Assembly: GCA_041667545.1 (NCBI GenBank)
Contig: JBAYES010000001.1
Span: 5,928-69,927, forward strand
Direction: 5' to 3'
Source: Candidatus Omnitrophota bacterium
GTDB lineage: Bacteria > Omnitrophota > Gorgyraeia > Tantalellales > Tantalellaceae
Length of the DNA: 64,000 nt
The notes below the pieces were generated by a model. That model was not told the origin of the DNA. It worked only from the letters and a program-made list of their open reading frames with translations, and searched no databases. Position 1 is the stretch's first letter. Every line of letters begins with the position of its first letter. Shown here one piece after another: positions 36,516 through 45,989 of this stretch. The translations under genes were made by a program, and so were the position numbers.

Positions 36516-37592
36516 ATGATTGAAAACAGGTGTTTTACGGCATCGTGGATTGAGCAAAAAAGGCGCGAAATCGGGCGTGTTGATCCGGCTCTCTTGGAAA
36601 AAACCATATATGCGATGGCACTTCTTTGCGGGCTGGCCCGGTCAAAAATGCCTTTTGTCTTCAAGGGCGGGACCAGTTTGATACTGCTCATTAAGGACTT
36701 CCGCAGGCTTTCCATCGATGTCGATATCGTTGCCGATATTCCACGGTCAGAATATGAGGTGATTCTGGAGGAGATCGGGAAGACGGCTCCGTTTTTGGGC
36801 TACGTGGAGGATAAGCGCGGTGACCGCGGCTTGCCAAGGCGGACGCATTTTAAGTTTGCGTATCATTCAGTCGTTTCTAAGCGCAAGGATTATGTTTTGC
36901 TGGATATTCTGGAAGAGAAGAATATCTATCCGACAACAAAGATGGTTGCCATTGAGCCTTCATTTGTAGAAGTATCACGGCGAGTTTCCGTACGAATGCC
37001 GACAGCCGAATGTCTCTTGGGGGACAAGCTTACGGCATTTGCTCCGAATACGATAGGTGTTCCTTACGAAAGGAAGTCCGGAATGCAGATCATCAAGCAC
37101 TTGTTTGATATCGGGGAGCTTTTTGGAGTTGCCGAAGATATGAACATGGTAAGACGGGCGTATGAAGCAATCGCCAGAGCTGAGATCGGCTATAGAGAGA
37201 ACGCTTTTATTTTGGAAGAGGCATTGACGGATACTTTTAATACTGGCGTCAAAGTTTGTATGATGGGCATGAGAGGAGAAAGGGCGGGTCGGGAAGCGGA
37301 GGTCTTGCGGAAGGGAATTCAACGGGTTGAAAGCCATCTGGTTAATACGTTGTTCACACTGACAGAAGCTAGATTAGCGGCATCTCGGGCGATTCTGTTA
37401 TCCGCTTTGGTGAGAGAAAAAACAGACCGCAGAGGTCTGGGGGCTTTTCGTTGGAAGCCACAAGATGACGGGGGATTGGGTTCGCTTTCGCTAAACGGGG
37501 AATTGGAGAGACTGAACCGGATCAAGTTGATCTCTCCGGAAGCGTTTCATAATCTCCACACGGCCCAAGGCTTTTTAGTCGAGAAGATATGA
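36516..37592 (+). CDS. AbiEii-family nucleotidyltransferase toxin (type IV TA/Abi)
   Basis: FKGGTSLILLIKDFRRLSIDVDIV NTase motif and DUF1814-like length of 358 aa. Confidence 0.65.
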   Translation: MIENRCFTASWIEQKRREIGRVDPALLEKTIYAMALLCGLARSKMPFVFKGGTSLILLIKDFRRLSIDVDIVADIPRSEYEVILEEIGKTAPFLGYVEDKRGDRGLPRRTHFKFAYHSVVSKRKDYVLLDILEEKNIYPTTKMVAIEPSFVEVSRRVSVRMPTAECLLGDKLTAFAPNTIGVPYERKSGMQIIKHLFDIGELFGVAEDMNMVRRAYEAIARAEIGYRENAFILEEALTDTFNTGVKVCMMGMRGERAGREAEVLRKGIQRVESHLVNTLFTLTEARLAASRAILLSALVREKTDRRGLGAFRWKPQDDGGLGSLSLNGELERLNRIKLISPEAFHNLHTAQGFLVEKI

Positions 37593-37613
37593 TAGTGGCC
37601 TGTTCGTTGATCA

Positions 37614-37709
37614 AAGAACATTACCCTTGAAACTTTAGCCCGAATATGTAAATATCTGGATATTCGAGAAATAGGGATAAGCGGAAAATAGCAGGAAAAG
37701 GGGACAGGC
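37614..37709 (+). repeat. 96-bp direct repeat, copy 2, containing an orphan copy of the last 78 nt of the 35009..35533 gene
   Basis: aagaacattacccttgaaactttagcccgaatatgtaaatatctggatattcgagaaatagggataagcggaaaatagcaggaaaaggggacaggc. Confidence 0.9.
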
Positions 37710-37728
37710 GGGCGACAGGAACAAAACC

Positions 37729-38454
37729 ATGTATCTATCAGTGATCATACCAGCCTACAACGAAGAAAAAAACATCGAAGGGACTCTTGCCGAAATAGAG
37801 GCATATCTCGCGGGTAAGGATTTAGCATCCGAAGTCATCCTCATCGACGACGGCTCGATAAACTGGACAGTTGTTAAGGCTCGCGAATTTGAAGAACGAA
37901 TTCGCGATTTCAGGATAATCGAAAGCAAGCCAAATCACGGGAAGGGATACGTTGTCAGGAGAGCCATGCTGGAGGCGCAAGGCGAGTACAGTCTTTTTAT
38001 GGACGCAGATAACTCCACTTCGATAAAGGAATTAGAAAATTTTTTACCCGCCATAAGCGATAAATTTGACATCTACATAGCTTCCCGAAGGATATCCGGT
38101 TCCAAAGTGAAAGTTCCTATAATGCGCCGCGCTTTAGGCAATGTGTACATATTTGTAGCGCGCATCCTCCTCGGCATAGGTATAAGCGATATTAATTGCG
38201 GGTTCAAAATATACAGCAAAAAGTCCGTTCAAGACATTTTTACAAAGCAGCTCATGAACGATTGGAGTTTCGACGCCGAAAATCTGTTTGTTGCGAAAAA
38301 GTACGGTTACAAGATAAAAGAGATTCCGGTAGAATGGAAGCACAAATACACGTCAAAAGTAAGGCCGTTTAGTGACGGGATCAAAAGTTTCACAAGTCTC
38401 GTAAAAATAAGAACAAACGACCTTTTGGGGAAATACCGCATAAATAGAGGATAG
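37729..38454 (+). CDS. GT2 polyprenyl-phosphate sugar transferase (DPM1/GtrB/ArnC-like)
   Basis: LSVIIPAYNEEKNIEGTL N-terminus, DDGS and DAD motifs and 241-aa length. Confidence 0.8.
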   Translation: MYLSVIIPAYNEEKNIEGTLAEIEAYLAGKDLASEVILIDDGSINWTVVKAREFEERIRDFRIIESKPNHGKGYVVRRAMLEAQGEYSLFMDADNSTSIKELENFLPAISDKFDIYIASRRISGSKVKVPIMRRALGNVYIFVARILLGIGISDINCGFKIYSKKSVQDIFTKQLMNDWSFDAENLFVAKKYGYKIKEIPVEWKHKYTSKVRPFSDGIKSFTSLVKIRTNDLLGKYRINRG

Positions 38455-38462
38455 AGGAAAAG

Positions 38463-38523
38463 GGGACAGGCTGCTTTTATCCCTACGGTTCCCACAATAT
38501 AAAAAGTTGCCTGTCCCCCTTTT
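38463..38523. terminator. long-stem hairpin with T-run, copy 2
   Basis: GGGGACAGGCTGCTTTTAT...ATAAAAAGTTGCCTGTCCCCC TTTT. Confidence 0.55.
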
Positions 38524-38538
38524 ACGGATGCCTTCAAT

Positions 38539-39231
38539 ATGATAACGATAGTATTACCAACATACAATGAAGCGGAGAATACGCCAAGGCTTATAATGAG
38601 CCTTGAGAATAGTTTTAAAGACTCTCTTGAGATCCTGGTGGTGGATGACGATTCTCCGGATAAGACCTGGCAAATAGTCGAGAGTATGGGGCTTCCCGAA
38701 GTGCGCGTTATAAGACGTATAGGCGAAAGGGGTCTTGCCACGGCTATTGCGAGAGGAGTTGACGAAGCCAGGGGTGATATAGTAGGTTGGATGGATGTGG
38801 ATATGTGTCATCCCCCGTCACTACTTCCTCAAATGTTGTCTTTTTTGAACGAATATGATGTTGTTATAGGATCAAGGTACGTTAATGGCGGGAAAGATGA
38901 CAGGGGACCATTCAGGGTGTTTACAAGCAGGCTGATTAACCGGTTCGCGGGTCTTTTATTGGGATTTTATGTTAAGGATTATGACAGCGGATTCATTCTT
39001 ATAAAGAAAGAGGTAATAGATAGAGTTGGGTTCCCATCAAGCGGATATGGGGATTATTTCATAGAGCTTATGTACAGGTGTAAAAGAAATGGATTTAAGG
39101 TTAAAGAGGTTCCATATGTTTTCAGGGATAGGGAAGTGGGAGAATCTAAAACCGCCGGTAGTCTTATGGATTTCTTCAAATTGGGATTTGGCTACATTAC
39201 CCGCATAGTAAAATTAAGGTTCAGATCTTGA
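38539..39231 (+). CDS. GT2 polyprenyl-phosphate sugar transferase (DPM1-like)
   Basis: ITIVLPTYNEAENTPRL, VVDDDSPDKT and WMDVDM (DxD) motifs. Confidence 0.8.
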   Translation: MITIVLPTYNEAENTPRLIMSLENSFKDSLEILVVDDDSPDKTWQIVESMGLPEVRVIRRIGERGLATAIARGVDEARGDIVGWMDVDMCHPPSLLPQMLSFLNEYDVVIGSRYVNGGKDDRGPFRVFTSRLINRFAGLLLGFYVKDYDSGFILIKKEVIDRVGFPSSGYGDYFIELMYRCKRNGFKVKEVPYVFRDREVGESKTAGSLMDFFKLGFGYITRIVKLRFRS

Positions 39232-39662
39232 ATAAAGGTCGGGGGAGGGGGGCTATGGAATGTATAAAGTCCAAAAAGGGCAACATAATAGCTATTGTGA
39301 TACGTGAAAAAGACAGGTTTGAGGGGATAAAATTCTTCACTCCTTCTAATTTTTCTCAACAAGTAGGCCTCTTAACCCACAAGAAAGGATCTATAGTAAA
39401 ACCTCACGTTCATAAACTTATTGAAAGAAAGGTAGAGATAACTCAGGAGGTTCTTTTTGTCAAAAAAGGAAAAATAGCTCTGTATCTCTATGATGAAAGT
39501 AACAAGCACATGGCTACAAGGTATCTAAAAAAAGGCGATACGGTAATTCTCGCAAGTGCCGGGCATGGCATAAAAGTCCTGCAGGAAAGCGTTATTTTTG
39601 AGGTAAAACAGGGCCCTTATGCGGGTGCCGACGATAAAGTGTATCTTAAGAAAAAACTTTAG
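39228..39662 (+). CDS. cupin-fold sugar 3,4-ketoisomerase-like protein (FdtA/WxcM C-terminal-like)
   Basis: 144-aa protein with a His-rich cupin motif HKKGSIVKPHVH. Positioned directly before a DegT aminotransferase, as in FdtA-FdtB pairs. Confidence 0.5.
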   Translation: MNKGRGRGAMECIKSKKGNIIAIVIREKDRFEGIKFFTPSNFSQQVGLLTHKKGSIVKPHVHKLIERKVEITQEVLFVKKGKIALYLYDESNKHMATRYLKKGDTVILASAGHGIKVLQESVIFEVKQGPYAGADDKVYLKKKL

Positions 39663-39670
39663 GGAGACAC

Positions 39671-40789
39671 ATGAAATTCATACCGGTAAACGAACCCCTG
39701 CTGGGCAAAAAAGAATTAAAATATGTGACAGATTGTATAAAAACAGGCTGGATATCGTCTAAAGGCGAATACATAAATAAATTTGAAAACAAGTTTGCTG
39801 AAGTTTGCGGGGTAAAGTACGGCATATCTACCACAAACGGGACTACAGCTCTTCATCTTGCCCTTGCTTCCCTGGGAATAGGCAAAGGTGATGAAGTTAT
39901 AATGCCAACTTTTACCATGATAGCCACGGCTTATGCGGTTCTCTATACGGGGGCTAAACCTGTTTTTGTCGACTCCGAAGAGAGGACATGGAACATGGAC
40001 ACATCCAAAGTCGAAAAGCTCATAAATAAAAATACAAAGGCTATACTTCCCGTGCATATTTACGGCCATTCGGTGGATATGGATCCTTTGCGGAAGCTTG
40101 CCCGAAAATATGATCTTTACCTGGTTGAAGATGCTGCAGAAGCGCATGGCGCCGAGTATAGGGGGGAGAGATGCGGATCTTTGGGGGACATAGGATGTTT
40201 TAGTTTCTATGGCAACAAGATCATAACTACCGGTGAAGGAGGGATGATAGTTACCAATAATAGAAAAATAACCGAAAAAGCCAGACTGTTGAAGGATCTG
40301 GCGCATTCTCCGGGGAAAAGGTTTCTTCATTCTGAGCTGGCATATAACTATCGTATGACCAATATGCAGGCGGCGGTCGGACTGGCTCAAGTCGAGCAGA
40401 TAAACAAATTCATTAGAAAAAAAAGAAAAATAGCTCAGACCTATAAGGAAAATCTAAAAGGTGTAAAAGGTTTGAGGCTTCCTGTCGAAGAGAAATGGGT
40501 AAAAAATGTTTATTGGATGTACGCGATCCTGATCGAAAAAGGGTTCGGAATTACGAGAGATAAGCTTATGACCGAACTTGCTGAAGAAGGAGTAGGCACA
40601 AGGGCGTTTTTCGTTCCTATGCATAGGCAGCCTGTGATCGTGAATAACGGGATATGCGATAAAAAAACTTCATATCCTGTCGCCGACGATATAGCGGAAA
40701 GAGGATTGTACCTTCCCACGGGCATGACACTCAGGGAAAAAGATATCGTAACGGTATGTAACAAGTTGAGGGAAATCCAACAAAAGTAG
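39671..40789 (+). CDS. DegT/DnrJ/EryC1-family sugar aminotransferase
   Basis: FIPVNEPLLGKKE...GWISSKG N-terminus and the CFSFYGNKIITTGEGG lysine region. Confidence 0.85.
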   Translation: MKFIPVNEPLLGKKELKYVTDCIKTGWISSKGEYINKFENKFAEVCGVKYGISTTNGTTALHLALASLGIGKGDEVIMPTFTMIATAYAVLYTGAKPVFVDSEERTWNMDTSKVEKLINKNTKAILPVHIYGHSVDMDPLRKLARKYDLYLVEDAAEAHGAEYRGERCGSLGDIGCFSFYGNKIITTGEGGMIVTNNRKITEKARLLKDLAHSPGKRFLHSELAYNYRMTNMQAAVGLAQVEQINKFIRKKRKIAQTYKENLKGVKGLRLPVEEKWVKNVYWMYAILIEKGFGITRDKLMTELAEEGVGTRAFFVPMHRQPVIVNNGICDKKTSYPVADDIAERGLYLPTGMTLREKDIVTVCNKLREIQQK

Positions 40790-40812
40790 GAGGCGGAAGA
40801 CCCCGATCCATT

Positions 40813-42228
40813 ATGGAAAACTATAAAAAAAGACTGATATTCACACACTTGCTGTTCATTTTGTCGCTCGCTGTGATCTATTCTATTCCATATGTGGCCC
40901 GCATGGCGGGGGATACATTTCTCCCTCCTCAGGGGAGATTTGTAAGGTTTTATAACATAGGAGTGATAACCGCTATATTTTTGAGCTACGGCAGTATGCT
41001 TTATTATCTGAAAAAAAGCGGGATGAATGTTTTTGAAAGAAGCCGGCTGACGGTATATTTCTGGGGACTGACCGTTACGGTCTCTCTGCTTTTATGTTTT
41101 TCTCACGCCGTTCATTCCAGCGATCTTTATGAGTATTGTATAAGGGGAAGAATGGCGGGTCTTTACGGCATAAATCCTTATTTCAGCATGCCCTCTGACA
41201 TACAGAGCGATATGTTCTATCCTCTCATATTCTGGAAAAATACCCCTGAATGTTACGGTCCGGCGTGGGTGTACATAGGCATATTCAACACGTTACTTTT
41301 TCCGAACAGCCTTATTCTTACGATCTTCTTTCATAAATTTGTGCTGTTTGTTTTTCTTCTGGCCGGCGGGTATTTTTTCTTTAAGATATGCGAAGAGTTA
41401 AACTTTAAAAACAAACACATTCTCACGGTAGCGTATATCCTTAACCCTCTTATGCTGCTGATGACGATAGTTGACGGGCATAACGAAATAGCCATGGTTA
41501 CGTTCATTCTCGCGGCTTTATGGTGTGTTTTGAGATCGAGGTACGCGGTTTCCATGATCCTTTTTGCCGTAGCGGTAAATATCAAGTTCACATACGTTAT
41601 GATCGCGCCGTTATTTGTGGCTTATATACTTTGGGGTCCCGGCCCGAAGCCTTTAAACGAACGACTTAAAGAAAGCGCGATCGGTATTTTTCTGGCGGCG
41701 CTTGTTACGTCGATTTTATGGGCCTCTTTCACCTGGGGTTCCGTACCGGCCATTATTGATTATTACAGGGACGTTAATACCTGGTTCTGGGCGGACACCA
41801 TACCGTACATATTCTATTTTATCCTCGAAAAAACAGGCATGGACTCTCCTCGTAAGATCATAGAAATGGGTTCTTTGGGGATTTTCGCTATTTCATATTT
41901 TTTCGCGGCTATTTATTTTTTTCGCAACGTCAAGAGAGATAAGAGAGCGATATTTACTGCCGGCAGTTTCATTTTTCTCGCTCTATATGTTACTAATTAT
42001 ACGCCCTTTCAGCCTTGGTATCTCTTGTGGGTGATACCGCTTTTGCTTTTAAGCGGTATACGGCCTAAATTTCTGCTCGTGACCATGATGTCATATTTTT
42101 TAATGATGACCTTCTGGAAAAGGATGTCAGCTTTGGCGGTACCCATGATGGTTTTATATTTTATAGTCTACTTTTCACTTAAAAACAAAAAGACCGAGCT
42201 GAAAAACTTTGTTTTCAGCCTCGAGTAG
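40813..42228 (+). CDS. polytopic membrane protein, candidate GT-C-type glycosyltransferase
   Basis: About 12-13 predicted TM helices with conserved-looking loop residues (HSSDLYEY, YGPAW). Found within a lipid-linked glycosylation cluster. Confidence 0.45.
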   Translation: MENYKKRLIFTHLLFILSLAVIYSIPYVARMAGDTFLPPQGRFVRFYNIGVITAIFLSYGSMLYYLKKSGMNVFERSRLTVYFWGLTVTVSLLLCFSHAVHSSDLYEYCIRGRMAGLYGINPYFSMPSDIQSDMFYPLIFWKNTPECYGPAWVYIGIFNTLLFPNSLILTIFFHKFVLFVFLLAGGYFFFKICEELNFKNKHILTVAYILNPLMLLMTIVDGHNEIAMVTFILAALWCVLRSRYAVSMILFAVAVNIKFTYVMIAPLFVAYILWGPGPKPLNERLKESAIGIFLAALVTSILWASFTWGSVPAIIDYYRDVNTWFWADTIPYIFYFILEKTGMDSPRKIIEMGSLGIFAISYFFAAIYFFRNVKRDKRAIFTAGSFIFLALYVTNYTPFQPWYLLWVIPLLLLSGIRPKFLLVTMMSYFLMMTFWKRMSALAVPMMVLYFIVYFSLKNKKTELKNFVFSLE

Positions 42229-42236
42229 AGGGAAAT

Positions 42237-42956
42237 ATGTTTTTGTCAGTAATAGTGCCGGCGTACAACGAAGAAAAGAGAATAGGAAGAACACTTTCTT
42301 TAATATCAGATTATCTCAAGGATAAGGACTTCGGATACGAAGTTATTGTCGTGGACGATGGTAGCGGAGATATGACCGTTAATGAAGTGGAAACCAGCAA
42401 ACTTTTCAGAGGGAACAATTTAAAGTTGATTAAAAACGGAGTCAACAGAGGTAAAGGTTTTTCAGTAAAGAGGGGTATTTTAGAATCCGTCGGCGAATAC
42501 GTACTAATATGCGATGCGGATATGTCGACCCCGATACCGGAGGTCGAGAAACTATTAGTTTATATGCCGCAGGGGAATGACATTGTCCTGGGATCACGAA
42601 GCATTAAAGGCGCCGACATAAGAGTGGCACAACCTTTTCAGAGAAGGATAATGGGCAAAACGTTCAACCTTTTGGTAAAAATGTTCCTATTCAGAGGGAT
42701 CAATGATACACAATGTGGCTTTAAACTGTGCAGGGGGGATCTCGCCCGACGCTTGGCCGAAAAGATGCGAATCGATGGATTTAGCTTTGATGTGGAGATC
42801 CTCTATCTTGCCTTAAGATCCGGATATACGATTAAGGAGGTAGGAGTTGTGTGGATAAATTCGGCGGATAGCAGAGTTCATCCTGTTTTTTCTTCCCTTC
42901 AGATGATGAGGGATATTTTGCGTATAAAATTCATACATAAAAAAATAGCCTTGTGA
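42237..42956 (+). CDS. GT2 polyprenyl-phosphate sugar transferase (GtrB/ArnC-like)
   Basis: LSVIVPAYNEEKRIGRTL, VVDDGSGD and CDADMS motifs. A paralog of 37729..38454. Confidence 0.8.
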   Translation: MFLSVIVPAYNEEKRIGRTLSLISDYLKDKDFGYEVIVVDDGSGDMTVNEVETSKLFRGNNLKLIKNGVNRGKGFSVKRGILESVGEYVLICDADMSTPIPEVEKLLVYMPQGNDIVLGSRSIKGADIRVAQPFQRRIMGKTFNLLVKMFLFRGINDTQCGFKLCRGDLARRLAEKMRIDGFSFDVEILYLALRSGYTIKEVGVVWINSADSRVHPVFSSLQMMRDILRIKFIHKKIAL

Positions 42957-42960
42957 TGCG

Positions 42961-44277
42961 ATGAATCCGCAAATCTTTTTACTGGTTTTTTATCTTGCTT
43001 CGATAGTTATCCTTTTGAAACGCAAAGGGCATATCATATATCTAATGTGCCTTACTGTGCCTTTTTATGATAATTTCGAGGGATTGTTCGTTAATTTGTC
43101 TCTGTTTTCAATAAAGTTCACTTTAAAGCCTTTTCTGTTCTTTGAGCTTGTGCTGGTTTCTCTGGTGGTCTTGGATATCTGGAGAGAGAAAAGACTTGGA
43201 AAACGTCTGTCATTTTTGAATAAAGCGGCTTTTCTGTCCATGTTCTTATTTTCGTTGTTAGCCTTGATATTTACGATACGAGAGGGGATACCAACATTTG
43301 TCGGCTTTAACGTTTGTCTGCTGGCTGTTTTATTGTTGGCAGTACCCTATTACTGTAAGAAGGAAACAATTGAACTTAGGAAACTCTTATTTTACCTGTT
43401 CGCAGGGTGTGTAATATCCTTTATCCCGATGCTTTTTGAAAACATCATTCCTTCTATTTTATCATGTTCTCCGCCGATTAACCGCGGGCTTAAGATCTAT
43501 GGAATGACCTTTGCAATGATAGCGTCCCCGGCGGTCTATGCTTATTTGATGTCCCGAAGGGTACATGTTCATATCCTTTCAGGGATTTTCCTGTTCATTA
43601 TTTTTATAATGACGATATTGACCCAATCCAGAGCAAGCATTTTTGCGCTGTTTTTATCGGTATTTTTCTGTACCATCTTTATTTCCGTTAAAAGGGCCAA
43701 TTATGGTCTAAATATGACCAGGATCTCGAGCATAGTTCTTATTTTAGGCTTAGCGGTTTTTGGCGCGTATGCCCTAAACAACTCGGTGATTAATGAGATC
43801 GATATTGTCAAAGTTTTCAAAGATGATTCCGTTATAATACAGAAAGATCCGTTCATGGGGTCGATAGACAGTACGTTTTTTAAAAAAGTGTGGGCTCTGT
43901 TAGCGCATGAAAGGACCATCGCCTGGCAGAGTACGATCAAGATATTGAAAACAGATCCTTTAATCGGCAGGGGATTGGTCTTTATGCCGACACAAGTTGG
44001 AACTCATAATGCATATTTGGGAGTTTTCCTGTCATCGGGCATAATCGGTCTGTTTTTTTATATAGTCGGAATGTTAGCCGTTCTTATGAATCTGATATTC
44101 AAAATCATAAAAAATGACGAATATCCAAAATATCAGTTTTTTTATTTTTCTCTTTCTACCGCATTATTGACTTATTGTGTGAATGGTATTTTTCAGACAA
44201 ATTTTAATGAATATTTGCCGTGGTTTTTTGCCGCGGTATCTTTTCTTGACAGTCCCATCACCGGTAAAGTTGACTGA
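42961..44277 (+). CDS. O-antigen ligase-like (Wzy_C domain) membrane protein
   Basis: Polytopic protein with the hallmark HNAYLGVFLSSGIIG (H-N-x-[YF]-L-x5-G) and SRASIFALFL segments. Confidence 0.65.
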   Translation: MNPQIFLLVFYLASIVILLKRKGHIIYLMCLTVPFYDNFEGLFVNLSLFSIKFTLKPFLFFELVLVSLVVLDIWREKRLGKRLSFLNKAAFLSMFLFSLLALIFTIREGIPTFVGFNVCLLAVLLLAVPYYCKKETIELRKLLFYLFAGCVISFIPMLFENIIPSILSCSPPINRGLKIYGMTFAMIASPAVYAYLMSRRVHVHILSGIFLFIIFIMTILTQSRASIFALFLSVFFCTIFISVKRANYGLNMTRISSIVLILGLAVFGAYALNNSVINEIDIVKVFKDDSVIIQKDPFMGSIDSTFFKKVWALLAHERTIAWQSTIKILKTDPLIGRGLVFMPTQVGTHNAYLGVFLSSGIIGLFFYIVGMLAVLMNLIFKIIKNDEYPKYQFFYFSLSTALLTYCVNGIFQTNFNEYLPWFFAAVSFLDSPITGKVD

Positions 44278-44279
44278 TA

Positions 44280-45989
44280 ATGGAAAAACGAATTATTTTG
44301 TTCGCGATAATATGTGCAGGGTTCTTCGTGAGGGTATGGGGAATAGATTACGGGTTGCCTTATGTTCTGCACCAGGATGAGCCCATAATAATAAATCATG
44401 CGCTTGCTTACGGAACCGGAGATCTCAACCCGCATTTTTTTATTATACCTCCCGCATGTTCCTATCTGCTTTTTTTCTGTTACATTGTTTTTTTTGTAAT
44501 GGGGAAATTATTTGGGATTTTTTCGGGAGTTTCCGACTTTGCGATGAGTTATTTTAAAGATCCCACTTATTTTTACATAATAGCGCGCACAGTTCTTGGT
44601 GTCATCCCGGGGACATTGAGTATACTATTCACATATACGCTTTATAAGAGGCTTTTTTCAGAAAAAGGCGCGCTTTACGCGGCGGCCGTAGTCGCGTTTT
44701 CATTTTTGACCGCGGTTAATTCGCATTACGCGTATGTCGATAATATGATGCTCATGTTAGTGCTTCTCGCGTACTTATCTATTGTCAACATGATGCAAAG
44801 ACCCTCCTTAAAAAACTATCTAATTGCAGGAGCCTTGTTGGGGGGGGCAATAGGAGTTAAATATAATTCCGGAATTCTCATAGTTCCCATGCTTTTAGCG
44901 CACGTTTTCGCGGTATCAGATGCTATCCGGAAGAAAACCGACATTGTGTTGGACAAGAACATGTGGATGGCCATGGCCGCCGCGGCGGCTGTTTTTATAG
45001 TGATAAATCCTTTTGCTGTCCTGGATTGGCAGTATTTCGCGTCCAGTGTTCCGGGCAGGATAAGGACCGCGTATATGGGGTGGACACATCACCTTATATA
45101 TTCTCTGAGAGAAGGGATGGGCTGGTTCCTGGTCATACCGGGAATCATCGGAGCTCTTGCAATGTGCGGAAGGACAGAAAAGAGAAAAACACTGGTATTT
45201 CTATCGTTCCCCGTTGTTTTTTATATGCACCTTGTGCTTGGCAGTCAAAGGTTTTCAAGATATGCTCTACCTTTGGTGCCTTTTTTAGCCATGGGAGCAG
45301 CTTTTTTCTTTTTCAATTTTATGGGTAAATACGCGAAAAACCGCATTGGGAAAAATATAATAATGACACTTTCGTTGATCCTTATCATTCCAACGCTGGT
45401 TAAATCCGTTAAGGCGGATATGCTTTTTGCCGGTCAGGATACACGTTCTCTTTCAGCTTTGTGGATAGAAGAAAATATTGTTCCGGGGTCAAAAATAGCG
45501 GTGGACCACACTTCGTACCGGCCGCAGATATTTCAGTCGGATGATCAGATAAAGGAAAAGTATCGCCTCGCGGATTCCCAGAAAGGACTCGAAAGCGTCA
45601 AGCAAAAGAAACTGGATTATCTGCTCAAAGTCGCCGAGGGCAGAAGATCATATGACGTGTTCTTCATAGGCGCGCAAAGCGGGGAGAAGTCGATGTTCAT
45701 GTCGATGTCGCCGGGTATCGAGGGCGATCTTGAGGTTCTCAAAAAGAATGGTATAGAATACATGGTGGTGAACTACTATACGGGTTCACCGGACTCGGAT
45801 CTTATAAATTCTGTCAAGGCCGAAGGAAAAGTCCTGGCGGAATTCAGCCCTTACCATGACGGGCATATCGCAGTCCCTAACGACAAAGTGGATCATACGT
45901 TCATGAACATAGGGTCAAAAGAGCTTTTCTCCAGGAATGCGACCGGGCCCTGTATCGTGGTTTATGCCATTGAAAAACATGAAAAGTAA
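44280..45989 (+). CDS. GT-C glycosyltransferase, family 39/83-like (PMT/ArnT-type)
   Basis: N-terminal TM helix then the loop-1 motif VLHQDEPIIINHALAYG (DE). About 11 TM helices and a C-terminal soluble domain. Confidence 0.65.
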   Translation: MEKRIILFAIICAGFFVRVWGIDYGLPYVLHQDEPIIINHALAYGTGDLNPHFFIIPPACSYLLFFCYIVFFVMGKLFGIFSGVSDFAMSYFKDPTYFYIIARTVLGVIPGTLSILFTYTLYKRLFSEKGALYAAAVVAFSFLTAVNSHYAYVDNMMLMLVLLAYLSIVNMMQRPSLKNYLIAGALLGGAIGVKYNSGILIVPMLLAHVFAVSDAIRKKTDIVLDKNMWMAMAAAAAVFIVINPFAVLDWQYFASSVPGRIRTAYMGWTHHLIYSLREGMGWFLVIPGIIGALAMCGRTEKRKTLVFLSFPVVFYMHLVLGSQRFSRYALPLVPFLAMGAAFFFFNFMGKYAKNRIGKNIIMTLSLILIIPTLVKSVKADMLFAGQDTRSLSALWIEENIVPGSKIAVDHTSYRPQIFQSDDQIKEKYRLADSQKGLESVKQKKLDYLLKVAEGRRSYDVFFIGAQSGEKSMFMSMSPGIEGDLEVLKKNGIEYMVVNYYTGSPDSDLINSVKAEGKVLAEFSPYHDGHIAVPNDKVDHTFMNIGSKELFSRNATGPCIVVYAIEKHEK

